Virus record (IMG/VR): IMGVR_UViG_3300039451_000027 | Coordinates: 1-64,000 of that record | DNA: 64,000 nucleotides | Origin: a virus | Direction: 5' to 3' (one strand) | Shown: one piece after another, positions 51,290-60,108 of the stretch | Layout of the letters: every line of letters starts with the position of its first letter | Numbering within the stretch: the first letter of the stretch is position 1 | Notes under the pieces: model-generated | The model's input: the letters and a program-made list of their open reading frames with translations, nothing else | Database searches by the model: none | Told to the model about the DNA's origin: nothing | Program-made: the position numbers and the translations under genes

Positions 51290-51889
51290 TTAGGAATTGT
51301 GGATCATTCGCCTGTATACCTCCGCGACCGTGAGGCAATCGCGCAGCGCGTCGTGCGCCTTTCCGTTGGCCTCCACCCGGAGGGTGGAGGCCAGATACTG
51401 GAGCTTCACCTTCTGGTACGGGTACGGCTCCACCCGAAAGGCGGCTATGTCATTCTCGAAGGAGGCGACCGCCATCGTGTCGCGGAACCTCGCATCGAAG
51501 TAGTGCTCGAAATTCTCGTGGCCGAGCCAGTCGATCAGGAAGCCCCTGTCGAAGGGCCAGTTCTGAGCGAGCGGCGAGATGCGCTTGCCGGGAGCCAATC
51601 CCAGCTTCTCGAACCACTCGTCGAAAAGGTCTGCCGCGCGGTCCGGATCGAGGCCGTTTAACTGGGCCTCGCACAACTTAGCTCGCCCGATCTTCAGATC
51701 CTCCTCGTGGAGGCAATTCTCGGGCCGCCTCGGCTTGAGGTAAGTGTAGAAGGGCACCACCTTCAGATCCGGTCGAATGTCACAGTTCAAGGCGAGGACA
51801 CAAATCTGGATCACGTCGTGATGACCGACCCTATCGCCGGTCGTCTCCGTGTCCACTGCGCAGAGCACGTTACCATTCAGGTGTATCAC
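51290..51889 (-). CDS. DEDDh 3'-5' exonuclease (DnaQ/RNase T-like)
   Basis: AVDTETTG, NWPFDRGFL, HDALRDC motifs. Confidence 0.85.
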   Translation of the reverse strand: MIHLNGNVLCAVDTETTGDRVGHHDVIQICVLALNCDIRPDLKVVPFYTYLKPRRPENCLHEEDLKIGRAKLCEAQLNGLDPDRAADLFDEWFEKLGLAPGKRISPLAQNWPFDRGFLIDWLGHENFEHYFDARFRDTMAVASFENDIAAFRVEPYPYQKVKLQYLASTLRVEANGKAHDALRDCLTVAEVYRRMIHNS

Positions 51890-52101
51890 TGCGACTCCGA
51901 TCGCTTGAGGTAGTCGCCACCCGCGACCTTCACGAGGCCGTTCAGGATGGCGCCGAGTGAGATCTCCTTCTCGGGCTCGTCTCTCTGAGTGACGTCCCTG
52001 ATCTGGAGCAGCAGTTGGAATACCTCGTCCTCTATGCCGAGGACGAGAAATGTGCCTTGGACAAGGACCTCCTCAATCTCTTTGCGAGTCGCCATTGTCA
52101 T
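51886..52101 (-). CDS. hypothetical protein (71 aa)
   Basis: Track ORF; start/stop overlaps with its neighbours. Confidence 0.5.
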   Translation of the reverse strand: MTMATRKEIEEVLVQGTFLVLGIEDEVFQLLLQIRDVTQRDEPEKEISLGAILNGLVKVAGGDYLKRSESQ

Positions 52102-52532
52102 ACTCCCGGATCGGATTCCTCGTTATCCCGGAGCTCCTGCTCGAAGATTTCCTTGATCGCATTATGACCCTTGCGACCCACCACGACCTCGAGCACCTTG
52201 CCTCCGTGCAGCGGAAAGGTGAAGGTCCACCTAAATTCGCCCGGCTCTGGATTGTGGAGCGGCACGTCCTCAGCGTAGTAGCGAACTGTCCTCATCCTGC
52301 GCCTGAGTTCCTTCTCGGCTTCCACGATCGCACCGCGACTGTAGGACTCGTCCTGGACGTACACGAATAATAGCGCCTCGAGCTCAGAGTTAGTGAGGTC
52401 CTGAATTTCGCCGATCCCGGTCACGATCGTTTCGACCTGCTCCGCGTACTCCTTGCTGCCTCTGATTGGTCCCATTGTCTGTGTGTCTCCTCTTACACTC
52501 TGCAATAAGGTCAAGGACATTTGTCCCGTCAT
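52098..52532 (-). CDS. hypothetical protein (144 aa; start uncertain, ATG 52475 also possible)
   Basis: Track ORF. AAGAGGAG precedes the internal MGPIRG start. Confidence 0.5.
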   Translation of the reverse strand: MTGQMSLTLLQSVRGDTQTMGPIRGSKEYAEQVETIVTGIGEIQDLTNSELEALLFVYVQDESYSRGAIVEAEKELRRRMRTVRYYAEDVPLHNPEPGEFRWTFTFPLHGGKVLEVVVGRKGHNAIKEIFEQELRDNEESDPGV

Positions 52533-52565
52533 CTAGGATCGCAGCAGACAGCCTCTCGTCGCTCA

Positions 52566-52715
52566 TTAGAGCAGGGGCGGTCTGCCTCTCCACGATTCTG
52601 GCCTCCTCCCTGAACCGGTCTTCTCCGGGTCGCACTCCTGGCAAGTGCAAGTGTGCTTCGGCACGAGCCCGTAATTTATTCCGCGAGGACTGTTGCATGG
52701 GCACCCATCTGACAC
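52566..52715 (-). CDS. possible zinc-ribbon peptide (49 aa)
   Basis: Not in track; GTG start after GAGGAAA; VSDGCPCNSPRGINYGLVPKHTCTCQECDPEK... Confidence 0.25.
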   Translation of the reverse strand: MSDGCPCNSPRGINYGLVPKHTCTCQECDPEKTGSGRRPESWRGRPPLL

Positions 52716-52762
52716 GGTTTCCTCGTTCTTCGGATCGAGCTCTCGCGCTCAGCCCCGGCAGT

Positions 52763-53644
52763 TCATGAGTGATTCTTCTTGATCCAGAGGACCTCGGTGG
52801 AGTACCCGCGAGTGAGCTCGCGCTCCTTGCCGGCGAGGTTGTTCGTGTCGGTGAAGGCGAGCCCGAGGGCAGAGTTGTGGACCCTCCACTCGTACTTCTC
52901 ATCCCATGGGTATGAGTTATAGAGCTCGTTGTCGTAGCCGCTGAGGGCCACGAACCCCCTCAGGTATTGAATCCTCTCGAGCATCTCCTTGTGGTCTGCC
53001 TTGGTCATCTCGTGCATGTACATGCCCTTCGAGTACTCGTAGTAGGTCGGGTCCATGTACCATACCATGTCCTCGCAATCGAAGTCCTTGAGGCAGTGCC
53101 TCCAGTCGAGGTTCTCAACCTGGACGCACTTCATGCGATTGTGGACGCCGGCGAAGAGCTCGAGGTTCCTCACGAGCTTCGGGCCGATTTGCGAGAGCGT
53201 CCTCACGGACCGCCCGAAGTGGCGACCCTGCTGCCCGAAGCTCACGGCGGTCATGTAGTACCAGCGGGCCGCTCGCTCGACGTCGTCCTCGCAGTTCTCC
53301 CACGTCTCGCGGCACCAGATGAACTCCTCCCTCGAGTGGAGGATGAGCTGGAGGCGGTCCACGAGCTGGTGGATTTTCGCGGGGTCGCGGACGCATCGGT
53401 AGAAAGCGACCACTCCCGCGTACCGATCGTTGAAGACCTCGAGCTTGGATTCATGCCTCGCGAGCAGGACTGCCCCGGTCCCGCCGAATGGCTCGCAGTA
53501 GCCGACCCTGTACGGCAGGTGCGGCAGGATCTCCTTGAGCGAGCGGTCCTTGGCGCCGGGGTAACCAAACGGCGCTCGGACGTAGTCCTCCCGCACGGCG
53601 CCGCTATTCTCGAGGCCCATGAGCATTGCCAGCATGTCGCTCAT
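52763..53644 (-). CDS. DNA N6-adenine methyltransferase (D12/Dam class)
   Basis: YPGAK, EPFGGTGAV, FNDRY, YMDPTYY (DPPY variant). Confidence 0.85.
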   Translation of the reverse strand: MSDMLAMLMGLENSGAVREDYVRAPFGYPGAKDRSLKEILPHLPYRVGYCEPFGGTGAVLLARHESKLEVFNDRYAGVVAFYRCVRDPAKIHQLVDRLQLILHSREEFIWCRETWENCEDDVERAARWYYMTAVSFGQQGRHFGRSVRTLSQIGPKLVRNLELFAGVHNRMKCVQVENLDWRHCLKDFDCEDMVWYMDPTYYEYSKGMYMHEMTKADHKEMLERIQYLRGFVALSGYDNELYNSYPWDEKYEWRVHNSALGLAFTDTNNLAGKERELTRGYSTEVLWIKKNHS

Positions 53645-54201
53645 CTGAAGATCCTTTCTGCAACCTCGACGACCTTCTCATGGAGGTCACGGAGCGTCCC
53701 GTCGTTTTCGATCGTCCCGGTCCAGCGGTCGTAGCCAATGAGCTGATCGTCTGCCCCGTCGTCCTCGATCGGCGCAGCAGCCCGCGTAATCCGGTAGACG
53801 TGGCCACCCCTCTGGAGGATGCCGTCGGCCTCGTTCGGGAACCGCATGTCCTTCACCACGAGGAGGTCGCACTTGACCGTGGAGAGGAGGTACTGGTACC
53901 AGGTGTCCATGCGCCAATCGCGGATGCTGTTGGCAAACTTGATCCAGATCTCCCTCGGGCTCATGCCAATCAGCGGGAGCTTGACGCCCTTGAGGTGCGC
54001 GTTCTCTGGCTGCTCGTAGAACTCACCAGGCATGAGGCCCGACCATCGGTAAAGGTCGCAGCACACCGACTTCAACTTGTCGGCAAAGCCCGCAACCTTG
54101 ATCGAGAGGCCCTTTCGGGTCGTCGAGACGTGGGAGACCAGGAATTTTGCAGCCGTGTCCTTGCCCACGAGCTTGCGGTGACCGAACGCAACGATCTTCA
54201 T
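53641..54201 (-). CDS. deoxynucleoside monophosphate kinase-like P-loop protein
   Basis: FGHRKLVGKDT and ..VVKDMRFPNEA.., as recalled for T4 gp1-type dNMP kinases. Confidence 0.6.
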   Translation of the reverse strand: MKIVAFGHRKLVGKDTAAKFLVSHVSTTRKGLSIKVAGFADKLKSVCCDLYRWSGLMPGEFYEQPENAHLKGVKLPLIGMSPREIWIKFANSIRDWRMDTWYQYLLSTVKCDLLVVKDMRFPNEADGILQRGGHVYRITRAAAPIEDDGADDQLIGYDRWTGTIENDGTLRDLHEKVVEVAERIFR

Positions 54202-54434
54202 GCGCTTCTCCCATCGAGTTTTCTTCTTCTAGACTGCACCCACTTTCCGGACACCGGTTCGCAATGCTCCTGCATTGAAACCATTTCGGTATACAGGCAG
54301 TCCCTCCGCCTCCACGATCCATTGTGAGAGAGGAAGAACTTGCCGACGGCCTCGTGAGGGGCTGAGAGCCTCCACAATCTGTCCTGCCACACGACCCACT
54401 TAAAGCCGCGAGACCAGGCCTCGTATAGCGTCAT
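54198..54434 (-). CDS. hypothetical protein (78 aa)
   Basis: Track ORF; overlapping start/stop codons. Confidence 0.5.
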   Translation of the reverse strand: MTLYEAWSRGFKWVVWQDRLWRLSAPHEAVGKFFLSHNGSWRRRDCLYTEMVSMQEHCEPVSGKWVQSRRRKLDGRSA

Positions 54435-54817
54435 AGCGTCACCGGGAAGAGGTAGCTCTTAACGATCTCCCTCACTGCCGAACCGGAGGTGGCCATCATG
54501 AACGCGTAGAGCATTCCGGGAGTAAGGGAGATTGGTGGCGACTGGTCCTGCTCCATGAGCTTCGCGTTGTTAAGCAGGAGGAGGGTCACCTGGTCGACGA
54601 GCAGCGGCACCTTGACCTGCAGGGCCGTCGCCGTGATGAGGTAGTCACTCCCCGTCGGGACCGCCGACTGGATCGGGGGAGCCTGAATCACCAGGCCCGA
54701 AAGCTTGTCTCTGATCACCAGCTTGAAGGGCAGCGTCGCCACGACCGGGTCGTCGGACCAGAGGGTCGCCGCGAAGTCCACACCGTTGAAAGTTCCGATT
54801 GTGTCACCGATCTTCAT
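54431..54817 (-). CDS. hypothetical protein (128 aa)
   Basis: Internal ATG of track ORF 54431..54892, with GGAGG 5 nt upstream. Confidence 0.55.
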   Translation of the reverse strand: MKIGDTIGTFNGVDFAATLWSDDPVVATLPFKLVIRDKLSGLVIQAPPIQSAVPTGSDYLITATALQVKVPLLVDQVTLLLLNNAKLMEQDQSPPISLTPGMLYAFMMATSGSAVREIVKSYLFPVTL

Positions 54818-54830
54818 ACGGCCTCCACAG

Positions 54831-55175
54831 TCAATCAGTATACTGCTCCAGGTTCGGGTGCCAGCAGGAGGGGCAGACGTGGGCGCAGTCACCCTCGCCG
54901 CCCCGCATCGCGATCAGCAGTTCGCCCTCTATCCTGGACACCAGCTTGTCTCCGTACCTATAGATTCGGCGCTCCTTGCCGACGTCGATCAACTTCTCGC
55001 AGATGATGCAGCGAGGCATGCGATCATATAGGCGGACCAAGAACTCGCTGGACCAGTTCGGGTGCCGCCGCCTCATTCGGTCTAGGTGGCCGATGAAATC
55101 TAGGACGTCGGTGAACTCGTTGACCCTCGCGAGCTCGCAGAGCTGCTCGAGCTCCTCTTGCCTCAGATGCCGCAT
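54831..55175 (-). CDS. zinc-finger protein (114 aa)
   Basis: C-terminal part of track ORF 54831..55625, starting at MRHLRQEE. CIICEKL..CPSCWH. The start lies 10 nt inside the end of the primase gene. Confidence 0.5.
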   Translation of the reverse strand: MRHLRQEELEQLCELARVNEFTDVLDFIGHLDRMRRRHPNWSSEFLVRLYDRMPRCIICEKLIDVGKERRIYRYGDKLVSRIEGELLIAMRGGEGDCAHVCPSCWHPNLEQYTD

Positions 55176-57850
55176 TGCACGAGTCTCCCGTCCTTGAGAA
55201 CCAGCCTGAAGGCCTCTGGCTTCTCCTGGGTCCAGCTGATGTTCCCGATCCAGAATTGGCCGGTCGCCGGGAGGCGGCCCTTCGGAAACTTGGGCGGGAT
55301 CTCCTTGCCGACCCTGATCTTGGTCCACTCCTTCACGTAGTTCGGATCGAGCCACTCCTTGAAGCGGTCGTAGAACTCGGAGAACTGGATCATCTTCCCG
55401 AAGACCGCGTGGCAGTTTTCCTCTATGAACATCTCGAGGTACGTCTGATTTCCCCTCTCGGCCGCCAGCTTGTCCTCGGTTGTGATGACGGGGATGTTGA
55501 GCCTGTCGTGGGCGATCGGGAGCTCGAGCCCGAGGACCTCGGCAAGGAAGTCTGGCGCCTCGGCTTCGAGGAGCGGGACCAGAGTCCGCTTCGGAATGAT
55601 CTCCTTTAGCTCGGGCACGTAGCACATGGTGATCCTGGTGTCCCCCTGAAACACCGGGACCGCCAGGTGGCTGTTTGCAGTCTGGACGAAGTGCAGCGTG
55701 TTTGGGACGAGGTACGGCTGCCTCTGCTTCTTGTGGATCGGGAGCTGAATCGAAGTCACCCAGTCCTTGATGCGGTTGTAGGCCACCGCGTTCTTCCTCA
55801 TGTCGGTCTCCTCGATCACCGCGAGGATCGCGTGCTCCAGCTCCCCGTTGAAGTTGCTCTGCGAAGCCAGGGCGTTGTCGGCCCTCACGACCCCGTTCGT
55901 CATGAGGAGGTTAATCGCCTCGTGGAAGATCGACTTTCCGCTGTTCTGCGGCCCGTAGAGGAACAGGTACGGTAGCGGCTCCTTCGGAAATTTGAAGAGG
56001 CTCGAAATCCAGCACTTCAGGTAGTCGGCTCCCGTGAGCACGTCGTTCGCCCGAGCCCAGGCGTTGAGCTTCACCGCGTCGTCCAGTCCGCTCCCGATGT
56101 GCCTCAGGAGCTTCAGCCACGTGTCGTACTTCAGGGAGTCCCTACTGACGGTCGGCTTGAACCTGAGCTGCGCCGCCCCGCGATTCCACTGCCTGTCCTT
56201 CGGGTACTCGGACTCGAAGGGAAAGTTCACGATTCGCCAGCACCGGGCCACGGAGGAGCCGAGAATGTTCTGCGCGTCCTGCCCGTTGTGACCCCGCGAG
56301 AGCAGGTACGCCTTCACGTGTTGCAACGGCTCGTTGTGCCAGCTCCCGTCAGAATTGATCGACCAGCCGAGGTCCTCGCCGGACTCGGTAATCAGGTGGC
56401 GGACCTCGTCGTCGTACAGCACGATCTCCGGCTCGGTGGGCTCCGACATCTTGACCTCGAAGAGTCGAGACCACTTGTTGCGATTCGCGAGCCAGCCGTC
56501 CATCGGCCTGTCCTCGCTCTCGTGCGTCATCTCGACGTGCAGTCGACCGCTCTTGTGCTCCTTCAATCTGCACTTGCGATTGAGCATCCAGTTAGGCAGC
56601 GCGAGGTCCGCCCCGAGGAGCAGCGCCGCCTTCATGGCCTGCTCGGACTGCTGGAACCAGTAGCCGCCCGAGGGGTCCTCTATGCCCTCGTGCATCCGGC
56701 AGGCCGCCGCGAGGTCGGGCGGTCGATTGAGAAAGCAGCGAGTCCACCCGGCCCCGTCCTGCTGCCAGAGCGCGTGCTCCTGGCAGCCCGGACTGTACCT
56801 CCTGACTGCCCATGCCCCCTGCCTCATCGGGAAGGCGTAGCAGTTGACGTCGTGGCCCTTGTCGCGGCCCGTCGCCACGGTCTTGAAGGGCCCGCGCATC
56901 GAGAGCTCCTCGTGCGCCTCCTCGAGCAAGCTCGTGTGCGTCACGAGCATCCAGTGGTCTGCGTCCCACCACGATCCGCCGGGATACCTGAGGTCGAGCC
57001 ACTCGAGCAGACGCTTGTGCTCCTCGTCCAGGGCCACCCTCACGCGCTGGCCGCAGAGCTCCGAGAACTTGTCATCGATCTCGGGGTCCTGCTCCTCGAT
57101 GAACTTTGGAAGGCTCTTGGTCCTCCGCCCGGTGATGACTTTGACGTGGTCCCGCCAATTCGACGGTACGCAATCAAGCGTGCTCCCGGCCTTCAGGAGC
57201 TTGAGCCCATCAGTAGCCATCGCCATCTTTCGGTGCCACACCCACATGTTTCCGCCCGCGACGTCGACCTTGCTCGAGAAATCGAAGTTGACGAGACTCG
57301 ACATCTTCGACAAGATTGCGCGAGCTAGGGCCGCGTGCTCGTTGTGATTCACCGTGGCGACGGGGTCGATGAACACGTATACGTGCAGTCCCTTGCCGCC
57401 GGTGGATTGCCTGAGCGTCACCCACTCAATGTTGGACACCCTCTCCTTCAGTTGCTCGAGCTCCTCCGAGCTCATCTTCTTCTGGTGCTTGTCGGAGTGA
57501 CCCGATATGGCGTCGAAGTCGAAGGCCACCCACAGCGACAGCTTGGCCCTCCAGTTCCAACCCGTCATGCCGATACCCTCAGCATGCTCGGCCAAATCAA
57601 AATTGAGCTCCGAGTCGGTGTACTCCGGTTCCGTATTCGCCCTATACGGGATGCGAAAAGATTTCCAGACCTGTATGCCGTTCGTGTACCCGTGCCACTG
57701 CTTACCCTTGAAGTCGCCATCGACGCGGTCCCCGCCGTCCGCAGCGACGTTGACTTGGACCTCCATGTCGTGATTGTACAAGCTGGCCAAATCGGGATGG
57801 GTGCTCGCGAGCAAGAAATTTTTGATGACCTGCGTTTTCGTTGGTCTCAC
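55163..57850 (-). CDS. bifunctional AEP primase-polymerase / SF3 (D5-like) helicase
   Basis: VAFDFDA and GGKGLHVYVF (AEP motifs); LYGPQNSGKS (Walker A), ILAVIEE (Walker B); 895 aa; GTG start. Confidence 0.8.
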   Translation of the reverse strand: MRPTKTQVIKNFLLASTHPDLASLYNHDMEVQVNVAADGGDRVDGDFKGKQWHGYTNGIQVWKSFRIPYRANTEPEYTDSELNFDLAEHAEGIGMTGWNWRAKLSLWVAFDFDAISGHSDKHQKKMSSEELEQLKERVSNIEWVTLRQSTGGKGLHVYVFIDPVATVNHNEHAALARAILSKMSSLVNFDFSSKVDVAGGNMWVWHRKMAMATDGLKLLKAGSTLDCVPSNWRDHVKVITGRRTKSLPKFIEEQDPEIDDKFSELCGQRVRVALDEEHKRLLEWLDLRYPGGSWWDADHWMLVTHTSLLEEAHEELSMRGPFKTVATGRDKGHDVNCYAFPMRQGAWAVRRYSPGCQEHALWQQDGAGWTRCFLNRPPDLAAACRMHEGIEDPSGGYWFQQSEQAMKAALLLGADLALPNWMLNRKCRLKEHKSGRLHVEMTHESEDRPMDGWLANRNKWSRLFEVKMSEPTEPEIVLYDDEVRHLITESGEDLGWSINSDGSWHNEPLQHVKAYLLSRGHNGQDAQNILGSSVARCWRIVNFPFESEYPKDRQWNRGAAQLRFKPTVSRDSLKYDTWLKLLRHIGSGLDDAVKLNAWARANDVLTGADYLKCWISSLFKFPKEPLPYLFLYGPQNSGKSIFHEAINLLMTNGVVRADNALASQSNFNGELEHAILAVIEETDMRKNAVAYNRIKDWVTSIQLPIHKKQRQPYLVPNTLHFVQTANSHLAVPVFQGDTRITMCYVPELKEIIPKRTLVPLLEAEAPDFLAEVLGLELPIAHDRLNIPVITTEDKLAAERGNQTYLEMFIEENCHAVFGKMIQFSEFYDRFKEWLDPNYVKEWTKIRVGKEIPPKFPKGRLPATGQFWIGNISWTQEKPEAFRLVLKDGRLVQCGI

Positions 57851-57927
57851 GAGCTAGACTCCATAAGCCAGATTTGATTGGGCAATCGTTTTCACAATCA
57901 AATCAAATTTCAGAATACCGTGCCACA

Positions 57928-57977
57928 CTCTCTCCCTATATACCCTACTACCATTTCAAGAAATTTTCCGCAGAATT
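57928..57977 (-). promoter_or_regulatory. conserved promoter-like element, copy P2 (leftward, upstream of primase-helicase)
   Basis: Minus-strand reading: AATTCTGCGGAAAATTTCTTGAAATGGTAGTAGGGTATATAGGGAGAGAG. Confidence 0.55.
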
Positions 57978-58099
57978 GCGAAAACTGACTACTTCGTACT
58001 AACTGGGGGGTATCCCAGTTTGCCTATAGGGTTTGCCTCCTTCTAAAGTGCCTTCCATGTTTAATATTTGGCCCTATCAGTCAGGGTTACAGTCAGCGA

Positions 58100-58150
58100 A
58101 AATTCTGCGGAAAATTTCCCGAAATGGTAGTAGGGTAATGTGGAGAGAGA
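58100..58150 (+). promoter_or_regulatory. conserved promoter-like element, copy P3 (rightward, upstream of ParB-like gene)
   Basis: AATTCTGCGGAAAATTTCCCGAAATGGTAGTAGGGTAATGTGGAGAGAGAG. Confidence 0.55.
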
Positions 58151-58261
58151 GAGCGCGGCGTTCTGTTCTCAGGATTGATTTGATTGTGAAATTTCGATCG
58201 CGGAACCAGACGTCGGCTCGAGCAATGTTGCCACTAACGCGTTCTACAATGGGAGGAACTG

Positions 58262-59227
58262 ATGTCGCAGACGGTGTTGGCAAGTATTCCGCTATCGTCG
58301 ATCCGGGAGAATCCGGTCGCGCTGCGGAACGTCAATCGAATGAGCCCCACCTATAAGGAGCTCGTGGACAGCGTGAAGCGGTCGGGCATCCTCAACGCGA
58401 TCCTCGTCCGCGAGATCGTGGACCCCCGAACGAAGGTCGTGGTCTACGGTCTGATCGACGGACTGCACCGCTTCAGTGCCGCTCAGGACGCTGGGCTCAC
58501 GGAGATTCCGGCGCAGGTCCGCAGCATGGAGGATGCGGCGGTGCTGGAGGCGCAAGTCATCGCAAACGTCCAGAAGGTGGAGACTCGCCCGGTCGAGTAC
58601 TCGAAGCAACTCGTGAGAATCTTAGCCCAGAATCCTCTGCTGACCCTCGACGAGCTGTCGTCGCGGTTGGCAAAGTCTCCGACGTGGTTGAACGAGCGAC
58701 TCGGCCTCGTGAAGCTCGACGAGGCGATCGGCAAGCTAGTGGACGAGGGGCGGATCTGCCTGAGCAATGGCTACGCCATTGCGAAGCTCAGTGCAATCGC
58801 TCCTGAGGAGGTGTCGAACTACGTCGATCGAGCGATGGTGATGAGCCCCAACGAATTCGTCCCGACCATCACCTCGCGCGTCAAGGAGCTGAAGGAGCTG
58901 CGTCGCCAGGGACGCGACGCGACGCCAGCGACCTTCCAGCCCGTCGCCCACATCCGCAAGCTTGGCGAGCTCAAGGAGGAGATGGAGAATCCGAAGGTCG
59001 GTCCGGTCCTCATCAAGGAGCTGAACGTCAAGACGCCGAAGGAAGCCTTCGAGTTGGGCGTCAAGTGGGCGCTGCATATGGACCCGGCGAGCATCGAGCT
59101 TCAGAAGCAGAAGGACGCCGAGCGCAAGGCGAAGCTCGAGGCCGAGAAGCTGAAGCGGAAAGAGGAGAGGGAGAAGAAGTCCGAGGAGGAGGCGCGGAAG
59201 GCCGCTGCCGACGTGACGAAACTCTGA
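58262..59227 (+). CDS. ParB/Srx N-terminal-domain protein (ParB-like, 321 aa)
   Basis: ..ILVREIVD..VVYGLIDGLHRFSAAQDAGLTEIPAQV..; Lys/Glu-rich C-terminal tail. Confidence 0.75.
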   Translation: MSQTVLASIPLSSIRENPVALRNVNRMSPTYKELVDSVKRSGILNAILVREIVDPRTKVVVYGLIDGLHRFSAAQDAGLTEIPAQVRSMEDAAVLEAQVIANVQKVETRPVEYSKQLVRILAQNPLLTLDELSSRLAKSPTWLNERLGLVKLDEAIGKLVDEGRICLSNGYAIAKLSAIAPEEVSNYVDRAMVMSPNEFVPTITSRVKELKELRRQGRDATPATFQPVAHIRKLGELKEEMENPKVGPVLIKELNVKTPKEAFELGVKWALHMDPASIELQKQKDAERKAKLEAEKLKRKEEREKKSEEEARKAAADVTKL

Positions 59228-59253
59228 GATCGGGATACTCTGAGATCGGAATT

Positions 59254-59284
59254 GGAATCCCCGGTCACCGCGACCGGGGATTCC
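59254..59284 (+). terminator. 13-bp-stem hairpin (no U-tract)
   Basis: GGAATCCCCGGTC-ACCGC-GACCGGGGATTCC, preceded by the duplicated ACTCTGAGATCGG. Confidence 0.45.
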
Positions 59285-59309
59285 GGCACATCAAACATGG
59301 GAGATTCAC

Positions 59310-59975
59310 ATGAACGATTTGACACTACCGGAAGGTGTGGAGCTCACTCAGAGCAAGTATGCGGATGACTCGACGTTCGCGCAGATGGCGACCGCCGCCA
59401 GCTGGCTGCCGAGGCTCCAGGTATTCGGCGGAAACTCGAAGGAGGTCAAGCGCGGGACGTTCCCGATCGGGCACTACGGCCTGGTCCGCAAGAAGGACCA
59501 GATCGAGGACCTGACTCCGGCGGTGGACGTTCTGGTCCTCTCGTGGCGTCCGAAGGCCATGAGCGTCGGCGACGGGGAGGTGATCAACATGTTCGACCCG
59601 AGCAACCCGAAGTTCAAGGAGTTCGTCGAGCGGTCGAAGGAGCAGAATAGCGGGTGCTTCTGGGGTCCCGAATTCCTCGTGTGGATTCCAGGGGCGAGCA
59701 TCCCGTGCTTCGCGACCTTCCTCTTCGGGAGCATCAGCGCCCGCAACGAGGCCCCGAACATGAAGGCGCTGATTGGAAAGGCCGCGACCTGCAAGCTGAC
59801 CCTCCTCGAGAACAAGAAGGGGATGTGGCATAGCCCGGTCATCGTGCCGTGCTCGACGCCGCTCGACATGCCCAGCATGGACGAGCTCAGAGTCCAACTC
59901 GAAAAGTTCAACAACCCGCCCGAAAAGGAGATGGAGGCCGCGCCGGACGAGGCTGAAGAATCTCGCCCGCGCTGA
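59310..59975 (+). CDS. hypothetical protein with acidic C-terminal tail (221 aa)
   Basis: Track ORF. The ..EMEAAPDEAEESRPR tail is reminiscent of SSB-type proteins, but no motif was recognised. Confidence 0.6.
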   Translation: MNDLTLPEGVELTQSKYADDSTFAQMATAASWLPRLQVFGGNSKEVKRGTFPIGHYGLVRKKDQIEDLTPAVDVLVLSWRPKAMSVGDGEVINMFDPSNPKFKEFVERSKEQNSGCFWGPEFLVWIPGASIPCFATFLFGSISARNEAPNMKALIGKAATCKLTLLENKKGMWHSPVIVPCSTPLDMPSMDELRVQLEKFNNPPEKEMEAAPDEAEESRPR

Positions 59976-59987
59976 TTCAGTTCAGGA

Positions 59988-60015
59988 CCGGGAACTTCCG
60001 AATGGGAGTTCCCGG
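59988..60015 (+). terminator. 9-bp-stem hairpin
   Basis: CCGGGAACT-(10 nt)-AGTTCCCGG, immediately before the tRNA-like element. Confidence 0.45.
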
Positions 60016-60017
60016 AT

Positions 60018-60082
60018 GGGGGAGTAAGCTCAATTGGCAGAGCTGCATTTTGCGGTCGCAGGTTCGATTCCTGCCTTCTCCG
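60018..60082 (+). other. tRNA-like element lacking an anticodon arm (degenerate tRNA / possible att core)
   Basis: Acceptor GGGGGAG/CTTCTCC; D-arm AGCTC-AATTGGCA-GAGCT; T-arm GCAGG-TTCGATT-CCTGC. Only 13 nt (GCATTTTGCGGTC) stand where ~22 nt of anticodon arm + variable loop belong. Confidence 0.45.
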
Positions 60083-60108
60083 TTTAGTGGTCCGTACAGG
60101 AGTGTCGC

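Noticed and set aside
52390-52902. 171-aa minus-strand track ORF spanning the Dam 3' end to gene 52098..52532.
   Set aside because: Mostly Ser/Arg/Pro-rich, and it overlaps the Dam gene out of frame. Only short segments might be real (MSDERLSAAILDDG.., or the alternative-frame zinc-ribbon 52566..52715), and I could not resolve them.
60018-60082. Calling this a functional tRNA gene.
   Set aside because: No 5-bp anticodon stem or 7-nt loop can be drawn, and the element is ~10 nt too short. It is reported only as tRNA-like.
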